Source of the DNA: a virus
Lineage: Duplodnaviria > Caudoviricetes
Strand: one strand, 5' to 3'
IMG/VR virus record: IMGVR_UViG_3300031466_000001
Location: 1-64,000 of that record
DNA length: 64,000 bases
A model generated the notes under the pieces. The model had not been told where the DNA came from and ran no database searches. It saw only the letters and a list, made by a program, of their open reading frames with translations. Made by a program: the position numbers and the translations under genes. Positions within the stretch are counted from its first letter, which is position 1. The number at the start of each line of letters is the position of its first letter. This document shows positions 8,178 through 18,500 of the stretch, piece after piece.

Positions 8178-9110
8178 ATGGGTATTGTCGATATTTACTT
8201 TAATAATCTTGTCGAAAAGATCATTCAACATGGTAAATGGCAACGGCAAGAGGACGTGCGGGCAATTTGGGAAGATGGGTCTCCGGCAATAGCTAAATCT
8301 GTCATTGACGTTCAATGGAAATTTGATAATGATGAACTTCTTTATCCCACCACAAAAAAATTTTATCCAATGAGTGCTATTCGGGAAATACGATGGATTT
8401 GGCAGAAAAAGTCTAATAGGTTGGAAGAACTTAGAAAATTGAATAAAAGTGATACTAGTATATGGGATAAATGGGAATACAAAAATGGTGACTGGGCTGG
8501 AACTATTGGTCCAGCATATGGCTACGTTCTTTCTAGAAAAATTAGACGTTGGAAATTAAAAGATATTAATCAAGATCACCTCGATCCAAATTCAGATCAG
8601 GTGATCGTTAGAGAAGACGGAGAGTATTTTATCTATCTTGATCAAGTAGATCATTTGATCCAGTCATTATTGAGATCTCCCGGCTCTAGAAGAAATCTAA
8701 CGACATTATGGGTTCCTGAATATTTGGATGAAATGAAGTTAACCCCTTGTGTCTGGAGTACTCAATGGAATTTTTGGGGTGGAAAATTAAATCTTACAGT
8801 TAATATTAGATCAAATGATATATGCGTTGGGAATCCATTTAATGTTTTCCAATATCAGGTTTTACAAATGATGATTTCTAAGATAGTCAATATTCCTATG
8901 GGTACAATTACATTTAATATTGCAGACGCTCACGTCTATGATCGTCATATTGATTTGGCGAAACAGCAAATCATAGAACCTATACAAGAGGCACCAAAAC
9001 TTATTTTAAATCCAGACATTAAAAACTTCTACGAATTTGATGATAAAGATTTCATTATTATAGATAAACCTCAAAATGTTAAAAGGTATGATTACGAGGT
9101 GGCTATATGA
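8178..9110 (+). CDS. thyA: Thymidylate synthase, B. subtilis ThyA/phi3T ThyP3 class
   Basis: VRAIWEDGSPA, SRR, LTPC (catalytic Cys), RSND..GNPFNVFQY (dUMP-specifying Asn), HVYDRH, C-terminal EVAI. Confidence 0.95.
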   Translation: MGIVDIYFNNLVEKIIQHGKWQRQEDVRAIWEDGSPAIAKSVIDVQWKFDNDELLYPTTKKFYPMSAIREIRWIWQKKSNRLEELRKLNKSDTSIWDKWEYKNGDWAGTIGPAYGYVLSRKIRRWKLKDINQDHLDPNSDQVIVREDGEYFIYLDQVDHLIQSLLRSPGSRRNLTTLWVPEYLDEMKLTPCVWSTQWNFWGGKLNLTVNIRSNDICVGNPFNVFQYQVLQMMISKIVNIPMGTITFNIADAHVYDRHIDLAKQQIIEPIQEAPKLILNPDIKNFYEFDDKDFIIIDKPQNVKRYDYEVAI

Positions 9111-9400
9111 TAAAACGAACAATTAAACCGACTTTACGGCTATGGAAGGTTGGAGATACTTATCGACCAATAGTTAAAATTAACTCTGTTAATCAAAATA
9201 TCCCTACTGAAATTACTGTGAGTGGAAGAAAATACATTTTGGATAGTGTGAAAAAGAAGAAATCTAAGTTAATACAATCGGAAATGGAGAAAGATATCAT
9301 TATATCTTTATTACAAAGAGTGGGGAAATGTCCGAATAGACCTCATGAGATGAAACTTTCCGAATTAAGAAAGATATTAATAGATTTAATATTAAAGTAA
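9107..9400 (+). CDS. Hypothetical protein
   Basis: ATGA overlap with thyA, GAGGTG RBS. Confidence 0.7.
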   Translation: MIKRTIKPTLRLWKVGDTYRPIVKINSVNQNIPTEITVSGRKYILDSVKKKKSKLIQSEMEKDIIISLLQRVGKCPNRPHEMKLSELRKILIDLILK

Positions 9401-9415
9401 AAGGAGGCAAACCAG

Positions 9416-9943
9416 ATGGCGATTCTCACAATGGGTAAAGACACCCGTGCTGTTATTAGAGAAGGTCATGTTGTTCTTGTCTATATGCGGTACGATGAAC
9501 CAGGTGTTAATGGTCGTAACAATGAGCCGCAATATAGACAGCAACTTTCTGTTGTACATTTCCAATGTGTTGGAAAAATAATGCTTGTCGCTATTGATGT
9601 ATTTGGTAATTTCATACCTGAAAGGACATTCGTTTGTAAACCTGAAGATATTATTGTCGAAGGTGAGCCAGACACTTCATCTAAAAAGAAATTTTATATC
9701 AAAGCATTGACTGAAAAAGGACAGATTTTGACAATAGAAGACGTTCTTGATGTAACTACGAATATCACTGAAAGAGTAAAAAAGATTCAGAACAGGGAAC
9801 CGGTCATGGAAATTTCCAAAAATGAGGAAATCTCTGTAAAAAAGATAGTATTTTTTAGACATCTTAAAGGACTTCTAGGAGTTTCCGCAATTTCGTCGTT
9901 AATTGGTGTGGTGATTGGTTTATTGATTGCCCAATATTTGTAA
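9416..9943 (+). CDS. Hypothetical protein with C-terminal membrane anchor
   Basis: AGGAGG RBS; hydrophobic C-terminus LLGVSAISSLIGVVIGLLIA. Confidence 0.8.
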   Translation: MAILTMGKDTRAVIREGHVVLVYMRYDEPGVNGRNNEPQYRQQLSVVHFQCVGKIMLVAIDVFGNFIPERTFVCKPEDIIVEGEPDTSSKKKFYIKALTEKGQILTIEDVLDVTTNITERVKKIQNREPVMEISKNEEISVKKIVFFRHLKGLLGVSAISSLIGVVIGLLIAQYL

Positions 9944-9971
9944 AATAAAAATTTTCTAAACTTAAATTATT

Positions 9972-9981
9972 TATATATTAT
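9972..9981 (+). promoter_or_regulatory. Early-type promoter motif TATATATTAT
   Basis: Exact motif upstream of the Lys-rich gene. Confidence 0.6.
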
Positions 9982-10016
9982 TTAGGTAGTCTGATCATGG
10001 TATGGGAGGTTACACA

Positions 10017-10361
10017 ATGGGTAAATTCGATAATTACAACGTCGATGAATTTTACATCGATGAAGTTCTTGCGGATCATAAAAAATCCGTAAAGAAAGGT
10101 CAACTTGATGAAAAGAAGGGAGAGGATAAAAAGAAAAAGAAGAAGCATAAGAAGAAAGACAAGAAGAAAAAGAAGAAGAACAAGTTCGAAAAAATCCCAC
10201 TTGTCTCTTCTAATGACGATGATGAAGGTCAAGTAGGAAAAAACAACAAAGGCACAGAAAAAAGTATCAAAAAGGCTATCAAAGAGATCCAAAAAAATAG
10301 GGAAGATAACGTGTACAGAGAACGGCGTGAAAATGGAACTTTGGTGATCAAAATTCTCTAA
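10017..10361 (+). CDS. Lys-rich basic protein, possibly nucleic-acid binding
   Basis: GGGAGG RBS; tract DKKKKKKHKKKDKKKKKKNK. Confidence 0.75.
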   Translation: MGKFDNYNVDEFYIDEVLADHKKSVKKGQLDEKKGEDKKKKKKHKKKDKKKKKKNKFEKIPLVSSNDDDEGQVGKNNKGTEKSIKKAIKEIQKNREDNVYRERRENGTLVIKIL

Positions 10362-10418
10362 TAATAATTTATTACGCCGGAAACTAATATGTAAAAAAAA
10401 GATTAGGAGGAAAAGCCA

Positions 10419-10982
10419 ATGGCACAAAAATCTTTCCAAGAAGTCTTTGATGAAATCAAGAGTAAAGTTTCCGTCAGCAACAAAGGCGGCAGCCCGCGCC
10501 CGGTCAAATCCTGGAGCCGTTCCGATTTTGACCGTCTTGCGAAAGCGCTGGTAAACGACGTCAATTACACGATCGATTCGGTTACCATCAAGAATGGTAA
10601 ACCGGAGAAGAAGGAAATCAAGCCGGTACAACTTTACCGCAATGCGATCCGCCAAATCCTGATCGACTTCGGTGTTGATAAGGAAGAAGCAAAGCGGATC
10701 ATGGACGAATCTTACGAAATCCGTAGCGTTGACGGCCTCTATGAACTTGCTTCTGAAATCATCTACAAGTACATCGAGGCCGGAAAGAAATTCGACTTCA
10801 TTCCGCGTCAAGATTTCGTTGGCTCTCTGACGCTTCGTGAAATCGGTGAAACTGTTACCGAGCACAAGACGATCAGCAAGAATGGTGAGCCGGCGAAGAC
10901 CATCAAGGTCAAGAAGCAAAAACACAAGCAGCTGGAGAAGAAGTCGAAAGCTCCGCGTTGGCTGAAAACGCATCTGAAGTAA
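10419..10982 (+). CDS. Abundant early protein, possibly HU-like DNA-binding
   Basis: AGGAGG RBS; strongly biased codons; C-terminal half follows the HU helix, beta-strand and basic-arm pattern (by eye). Confidence 0.55.
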   Translation: MAQKSFQEVFDEIKSKVSVSNKGGSPRPVKSWSRSDFDRLAKALVNDVNYTIDSVTIKNGKPEKKEIKPVQLYRNAIRQILIDFGVDKEEAKRIMDESYEIRSVDGLYELASEIIYKYIEAGKKFDFIPRQDFVGSLTLREIGETVTEHKTISKNGEPAKTIKVKKQKHKQLEKKSKAPRWLKTHLK

Positions 10983-10996
10983 TATCATCACAAACA

Positions 10997-11041
10997 GAAA
11001 TGGGGAAGAGTTCATCTCTTCTCCATTTCATTTATTTTTTT
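10997..11041 (+). terminator. Intrinsic terminator
   Basis: GAAATGGGGAAGAG/CTCTTCTCCATTTC plus T-tract. Confidence 0.75.
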
Positions 11042-11057
11042 CTGGGAGAGGATTTTC

Positions 11058-11315
11058 ATGTCCGAAAATAAAAATTCATCTTTTGAAGTTCCACCTGCAA
11101 AGAGAATAAAAGAGCATTTTGCTATGCCATTTGATAGTCCGTTTACTTTACCTGAAGATCCAGTATATGATATCAAAGATCTCCATGGTAAGAGAGCGGT
11201 CTTATTAGTTACAGAAGATAATGGATATAAATGTGTCTTTGCAAGGATTAAAGGAAAACTTTATTTTATTTCGTTAGTTGAGCCTGCTAAAAATAACCCC
11301 TCCCAAGAAAAATGA
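11058..11315 (+). CDS. Hypothetical protein
   Basis: 85-aa ORF with GAGG RBS. Confidence 0.7.
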   Translation: MSENKNSSFEVPPAKRIKEHFAMPFDSPFTLPEDPVYDIKDLHGKRAVLLVTEDNGYKCVFARIKGKLYFISLVEPAKNNPSQEK

Positions 11316-11360
11316 AAATGAAGACAGTTACATCTGACAACTGTCTTCATTTTTTTCGTT

Positions 11361-11370
11361 TATATATTAT
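11361..11370 (+). promoter_or_regulatory. Early-type promoter motif TATATATTAT
   Basis: Exact motif; supports a start at 11408 rather than 11312. Confidence 0.6.
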
Positions 11371-11407
11371 AGATGCATATAAAATATCACAAAGGAGAAT
11401 TAAAACA

Positions 11408-12004
11408 ATGCCGAAGATTAAAATTAGCGTAAAAAACCAAGATCTGTTCACTGATGTCATGGGTAATCTTCTTGAAGAAATTAAGGATAATTTTGGATAC
11501 AGAATAGGCATGTACTTTGATCCTGAACAAGAGCCGTTGAAAAATTTCACGAGTCAACAAATTGCAGAAATCCAATACATGCGTCAGCAAGGATATGAAA
11601 AATATTCTCATCTTCAGAAAAAGGTGCGGAAATTTATTGAGGCTGCAAGTGAAAAGATTATTGACGGTGAAAAGATAAAGATTAAGGTCTCTAAAGAACT
11701 CTTAGAAGAATTTGTAGGAGTCCTTAATCATCTGAAGAATATCTATCAAAAGTTCTCCGAATTTGTAAATAAAGAAGTTGAAATGGCTGTAAATGAAGAA
11801 AATGAAATTGAGGCCAGGCTCGCTGCAATTAGATCCTCTTGCAAATATGTAAAAATAGAGGTTGTTAATCCGTATACGACGGATAAACCCTCGGAATTTG
11901 GGGATATCGATAGCGATAACTTTAGCGTTATGAGAAACAATAGGAAGTTTGCGACGATTATAAATGAAATAGATAAAGTTATTAAAAAATTCACGAAGGA
12001 CTAA
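11408..12004 (+). CDS. Hypothetical helical protein (early)
   Basis: AAGGAG RBS before the ATG at 11408; terminator hairpin at 12003-12035. Confidence 0.8.
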   Translation: MPKIKISVKNQDLFTDVMGNLLEEIKDNFGYRIGMYFDPEQEPLKNFTSQQIAEIQYMRQQGYEKYSHLQKKVRKFIEAASEKIIDGEKIKIKVSKELLEEFVGVLNHLKNIYQKFSEFVNKEVEMAVNEENEIEARLAAIRSSCKYVKIEVVNPYTTDKPSEFGDIDSDNFSVMRNNRKFATIINEIDKVIKKFTKD

Positions 12005-12077
12005 AGCCTGGTGCCTATACCAGGCTTATTTTTTTCTAAACTAAATAATAATAGATAAAATAAAGGCGGTGGTCTTT

Positions 12078-12467
12078 ATGACGAAACTAACCATGTCCGA
12101 CCGCTATGCATTAATGCGAGGAATGTGCCCTTTTTTACATATCACATTTGAACAACTCATGAATAATTCTAAACTAGAATTCATATCATCAATAGTTGAA
12201 TCTATCAGACACGATGCTAAGATGATATTGGAGGAACTAAATGAGTTAAATATATCGATGAAAATTAAACATTATCAATTCTTCCAAGTCGAAGATGAAG
12301 AGGATTTACCATACAAAATGTTTATACTTGCAAGCGCTATAAAGAATATAGAAAATAATTTCAATCCCTCTGAAAACAGAGAAAATATTGTCGCTGCATT
12401 ATGTTGTACACTTCATCTTTCTACTAATATACTCGAATTTATCAATGATGTACTACTCGAAGCCTAG
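12078..12467 (+). CDS. Hypothetical protein
   Basis: ORF followed by a terminator at 12460-12498. Confidence 0.7.
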   Translation: MTKLTMSDRYALMRGMCPFLHITFEQLMNNSKLEFISSIVESIRHDAKMILEELNELNISMKIKHYQFFQVEDEEDLPYKMFILASAIKNIENNFNPSENRENIVAALCCTLHLSTNILEFINDVLLEA

Positions 12468-12524
12468 AACAAAAAAATGTTCTAGGCTTTATTTTTTTCT
12501 ATTTCTTTTAAAGTTTCGCAAGAA

Positions 12525-12536
12525 AACAATACAATA
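12525..12536 (+). promoter_or_regulatory. Late-type promoter AACA-N6-TA
   Basis: AACA ATACAA TA, 24 nt before the tape-measure gene. Confidence 0.7.
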
Positions 12537-12559
12537 AGTTATCGGAAAGGAGGATCTGT

Positions 12560-15500
12560 ATGGCTGATTTAAGACGTCGCAATTCCCAGACCGGCCGATT
12601 TGAGAAGAAAAGCCCGGCTGGTCTGTCGTGGTTTAAAAATGTTGCTAAATCATTGGGTTTTACAAGTGCCGAATTAATTTCACATCTTGCTCCCAGCATT
12701 CATGAATTTACTACAACTAACGTCGAATATGGCAAGGAGTTAGTTAAAGATATTAGAGAACTGCGCCCTACTGGGAGGAAAATTAAGGGCGTTTTCGATG
12801 CTAGCACTCAGATAGGAATTCTGAGGACAGCAATACAAAATGCGATTGACGACATCAAAAGCGGTAAAATATATAACATGGACCGCATTAATGAAGTAGA
12901 TGGTCAAGATGACTTCGGTGGAGATTTCGATTTTGATGTTGATTTCGGTGTAGAAGATTTTAATTTTGACGAAAAATCGAGCTCTACAGACAGTGGAAAA
13001 TCAGATGTTGTTGTTCCTGACGTTAAGGTAACGGTTAAAAATGTAACACCCCCAATTACTAAAAATAATCCTATGGTTAAGGCAGTTGAAAGACAAACAC
13101 AGGCTATTTATGAAACTGCCAAAATGACGTCTGATTTGAATGTTAAAATTGCACAAAATGAAATGATGATGAGTCATGCTCAACACGGTCGCACGTTGAG
13201 TGGACTCCAAACGATAAATGATAACATTGCGCTCCTTGTAAATTTCCACAATGAATCTATGAGTAAATATATTGGTGCATCGTTGAAATATTACGAAGAA
13301 AGCATCAATTTACTTACTCAAACAGTGGAAGAGCTTAAGAAATCAACTACTGCTCAACTTGTCAACACGTCTAATAGACCTGAAGATCCTACTCGGGATG
13401 TATTGCTTGTCCATGGTGGCCTCAATTTTAGAGGCTATATTAACATGGTTAAAGCTAACTTTAAGAAACAGCTTTCAGAGAACCCATTCCTTTCTCCTCT
13501 GAAATCGATGTTTGAAGATAAGATGACTCTTAAATATCTTGCAGCATCTCCATTGAGTTTTATTTCTACTAAAATAGTCACAACTCTCATTCCTAAATTT
13601 TTACAAGATTCGTTATCTAATTTAGATAAATCATTTTCTAACTTCTTCCCTGCTTTGTTTATGAGAATCAATAGGGAAACTCTCGGATCAGATAATGAAT
13701 TTTTGAGAATGCTTGGGGAAATCTTTGGGTTTGATGTTAAAAGTAAAACTAGCGTTGATCTCTCCAAGTACAATAAAGGACCTGTTCCTTTCGATGGATT
13801 GGTCCATAAAAGCATAACTGAAGTTATTCCCGGTTATTTACGTAAAATTCTCTCTGCATTGACAGGTAAGGAAGAGGTTGCGTTCGATTTTGAACGCGGT
13901 GTATGGAAATCTGTTTCTTCAATGAAGAAAGAGTTTGATTCAAATAGAGAGGGTATTATTCTTAACGCATTCTACGATTCTATCGAAGAACTTAAACAAA
14001 TGGCTGAAACTTTCCCGTTGGAAAGTAAAAAAGATAGAGAAGCTTTCTTAAAAGGTATTGATAAATTCTTTATTAACCTCGCCGATAAAAATACTTTGGT
14101 TAATCCCAATAAAAAGACCGATAGATACGGAATTCCTACTGATGAATTAAGAAACGTCTATGATTTCGAAGGAAATACTGAAATGCAACGCTTGTTCCGT
14201 CAAATGGTTCTCTCAATGAGTAGAACTAGCCAAATGAGAATGTTTGGTGCTCAACTCGTTGATGCCAGAAGACGGCTGCAAGATTTCATGATCGATGCTG
14301 AAGAAAGACCGTATGTTTATAACACGAATACTCTTTTCAATCAATTGGGATTCGATACTCATCTTGATAAAGAGAAAAGAGACGTAGAAGGTAATTATAT
14401 CGTCAAGAAAGGCTCTGGGATTCTCAATCCCGCAGATCGACTTGGATTCACTAGTCTCGATTATCTGCGTGATATCAAGAGAATTCTTGCTACTGGCATT
14501 AGAGTATTTGTTGCCGGTGGTGGTCTTGGTCGATCGGGTAAGCAAACGGCTGATTATAACCCTCAGGAAAAAATTCTTAAAAGTATGGATACAGAAGAAA
14601 CATCGTTTTCAATTATTGAAGATAGAAGAAATGCTGATACCGTTCGTACTTTCTCAGATAATGATCGTCGAAAATATATTGCATCCGGACAATACCCTTT
14701 ATCTAATTTCTACGATCTTTCCGATAAGTCTGACGATGAAATCAGACGCATGATTCAAAGTAGAGCTGATTATTTAAATGCAACAAAAACACCCGAGCAA
14801 GGTAATAAAGTTCTTGGATTCTTAAAAGGTATGTTGAGTCCTAAAGCACAAGATAATATCACTAGTATCAGAGAGAAAATTAATGATATTTTGCAAAAAC
14901 CCGCAGAATTGCTCAAGGGCGTTGTAGATAAAATTGATCAAACTTTATATACTTTAATTTTTGGTAAAACTGGTGATACTGAAGAACCCTCTTTCATGAG
15001 CGCTGTGATGGCGAAAATGAGAGAGACGTTTGGTAAATTTCTCAAATGGACTGATGAAAAGGTAATTAGCCCTATTCATGATCGTCTGTTTGGTAAAGAT
15101 GGTATTTTCACAAAGATAAAAGATAGCGAGTTTATGAAAAACTTTAGAAAGGGTTTCAATAGAGTAGCCGACTTCTTCTTTGGTAAGCAAACTGGCCCTG
15201 ACGGAAAACGTGAGGGTGGTATGTTTTCCGATGTGGCCAATAGTTTTGCCGATATGTGGTCGGGTGTAAAATATTATTTCACAGGTAGAGCATATACAGA
15301 TAGAGCGGGAAGACGTTTCCCCGATAACACTGAGAAAAGTGTATTTGGGGAAGTTCGATCTATGTTTAAATCGTTCAGAGATAGCGTTAAAACATACCTC
15401 TTCGGTAAAAAGGGAGAAGGTAAAGAAGATTCTGAAAAAGGCATTCTTAGTGGCGTCTTTGAAACTTTAAAACAAGGTTTTCATAATTTCAGCGAAGCTA

Positions 15501-18500
15501 TCTTTGGTCCTAAATCTGTTCGTGGCATGAACCCTAACGAAACGGTTCAGGCCATGATTAAGAAAATTAAGGAAAGAGCACCCAAGACAATTGCTGGTGG
15601 TATCGTAGGTGGCGGTATAGGACTGTTGGCCGGTGGTGGATTGCTCGGTGCCATGATTGGCGGTCCTTTCGGTGCAGCTATTATCGGTTCTGCCACCGCG
15701 TATCTTTCCCAATCTGATAAGTTTAAAGATTGGGTATTTGGTAAAATGGATAAAGATGGAGAACGTATTGGCGGAATTATTAGCAAATCTACTCAAGACT
15801 TCTTAAAGAAAAATAGACTTGCTATCCTCGGTGGTGCTGGGCTCGGTGCATTGAAGTCTATCCTCGGATTTGGACTTCTTCCGTCGTTCCTTTTGCCTGG
15901 TGGACCTATCGGCGGAGCAATGTTGGGTATTGCGGGAGCACTTGCTTATCGTTCTGAAGCATTCCAGAACTTCCTGTTTGGTCCGAAAGATGCTGATGGA
16001 AAACGTTCTGGTGGTATTCTTCATAAGGCATTTGGCTCAAATCCGCAAGCTAAAAAGATTCTCGGAAATGTTGGTGCAGGAGCAATTAGTGGTACGGCAT
16101 TAGGAATGGTCACTAGCCATATGGGCCTTCTTGGTGCTATGCTGGTCCCTGGTGGTCCTATTGGTGGAGCCATTCTTGGTGCTGCGGCTGGTATTGCACT
16201 CAGTTCTGAAAGATGGAAGACTGCTCTGTTCGGAGACTGGGATGAAAAGACCGGTAAGCGTAAAGGTGGTCTTCTGGGTAAATTCCAAAATTGGTTTAAA
16301 CTCGAAGTGATGGAGCCCCTTAAACTTCAATTCAAAGAAATCAGTATTAACATAAAGGAATGGTTTACTGAAAGAATTGCAAATCCATTTAGAGAAGCAT
16401 TGGCCCCAATTAGAAAAGAATTCCAAAACATGACGGAACGCTTAACTAAGTTTTTCAAAGATGGATGGGAATCTTTCAAGAGTAAAATTGGAGAAGTGTT
16501 CGAGAATCATGTAGGAAAACCGTTCGGGCAATTTATGAAAGAAAATGTCATGGACCCGCTGAAGAGATTCTTCTCTAGAATTCTTGGCGGTATTGGAAAA
16601 ATCTTTGGCGCAATTCTTTCGTCTCCATTTAAAGCACTCAGTGCAATAGGAGAAGGGCTCACTGAACGACATAAAAAACAAGGATTAAAAAAGTTCCTTG
16701 ATGACGAACGAGATGAAATGTTTAGCCGTCGTGCTAGACATGAGAGATTTGAACGAGGAGAAAAACTCGGATTATTTAGTCATAAAGATGCTGAAGGTAA
16801 TGTAATTGGTCCTGGTATTCTTCAGCGCATGTTCAGAAATCATTTCGATAAAGAGACTCGTGAACGTGCACAAACGAGCCAATTTGGTGCAGATTATTTA
16901 AAAAATCCAGCAGTATCAGATGAAGAAAAAGCAGCACAAAAAGAATATTTTAAGAATGAACGAGAAAAATTAAAACTCGAAAGAGAGAAACTTAAGGTTT
17001 ATCGTCAGCTTGGTCTTAAGTATGATTATGATAACTTTACTCCGGAAGGACAAGATATTTCGAGAATTTATGATGGACTTGCTAACGCTAGAAGAACTGT
17101 TAAGAAGGGAAGAAAACTTTCTTCCTTAGATGATGAAACATTCGAAAAGCTCACGGGGTTCTCTCTGAGTTCGTTGTTCGGAAAAGATATTACCATTGCA
17201 AGTATGAGTCCCGAAGATCGTCAAACGATGATCGATATTATGAATAGTAAAATCTCCGGTGATAGATTACAAAAATTCATTATGGCTAAATTCGGCTTAG
17301 TTAATAAACAACAGGCCGGACAAGATGCGATACAACTTGGTCCTGCTCAGGAAGCGGGAGAAAGTGATACAGGAGGAACTGTTGATGACGCTGCAGATAA
17401 AATAACCGACGCAATTAGAGAAGAATCACCTAAAGGCGTGATTGAGAAAGAACTTATCCCCGAAGTTAAAGAAACCAATAAAACTCTTAAAACAATTGAA
17501 GGTCTGTTGAACGCAGGTAGAAAATTCGGTAAAAATGTGGCTGGGAAGTTTACTCTGGGCAATAAGCTTTCTAAATTTATGGGCACTAGTGACGACGATG
17601 ATGTAGATGGATCACACGAAGATGGATTAGATAATGTACCTCATGATAATTATCGTGCAAACCTTCATAAAGGTGAAGCTGTTATCCCTGCCGATGAAGC
17701 TAAGAAGCTCCGGAAGGGTAAAACAATGCTTCTCGCAGATATTGCAACCAACGTCAAAATTATTGCCCAAGAAGTCAAAGGACAACTTGATGGTGTAGGT
17801 AGTAACGTATATAAAATTAGAAAAATACTTCAGCAGTCTCAAGGTATCGAAGATGAAGATCTTACGGGTAGCGCTAATCGTGATCGTGTAGGTTTTTGGG
17901 GTAAAATACGTAGAGCGTTTTTCCGCCCCTTTGATGCTATACGGAATAAAATTATGCAAGGAATTGATTTTGTAGTAGGTAAAATTAGAGCCTTCGGCGA
18001 CGCAGTCTTAAAAGTGGGTAAAGCAATTATCGACATTCCTGTTAAAATTGGTAAGGTTATATGGGATTTCACAAAGCATGTGGGTAGTGTTATTAAAGAA
18101 ACAGCGCTTCAATTAGTAAGAGTTCCTGCTATTATAGGAAAATTAATGTTGGGGGCTATGGAGGCCACTGTTGAGGCAGTTAAGGCTGTCGGTCCCGCTA
18201 TCGGTAAAGTCATTTCCGGTGTTGGTTCATTGATCCAAGGAGCTGCTAAGATGGTTTCTGGCGCTCTTATTGGATTCGGTAAAGGTGTAGGAAGTTTATT
18301 TGAAGAACTCGGTAGAGGCACAGGTAAATTCATCGGAGCATTAGCTAATTTCTCCGTAAGTATGGCAACTAATATCGGAAAACTTCTCACTGGAACAACT
18401 GAAGCAATTATTAAATTTACTACGAAGACTGTAAGTACAGCAGTTGACGTTACCTTAGGGGCAATTAAGACAATTTCTGAAAAAGTAATTGATGTTGGTA

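Noticed and set aside
3162-9110. Group I introns or inteins in the RNAP beta or thyA genes
   Set aside because: Reading frames are continuous with motifs in order; no intein N- or C-terminal splice motifs seen
8178-9110. dCMP or dUMP hydroxymethylase (base-modification enzyme)
   Set aside because: Colinear with B. subtilis ThyA, keeps the dUMP-specifying Asn, and DHFR is present, so ordinary dTMP synthesis is the simplest reading
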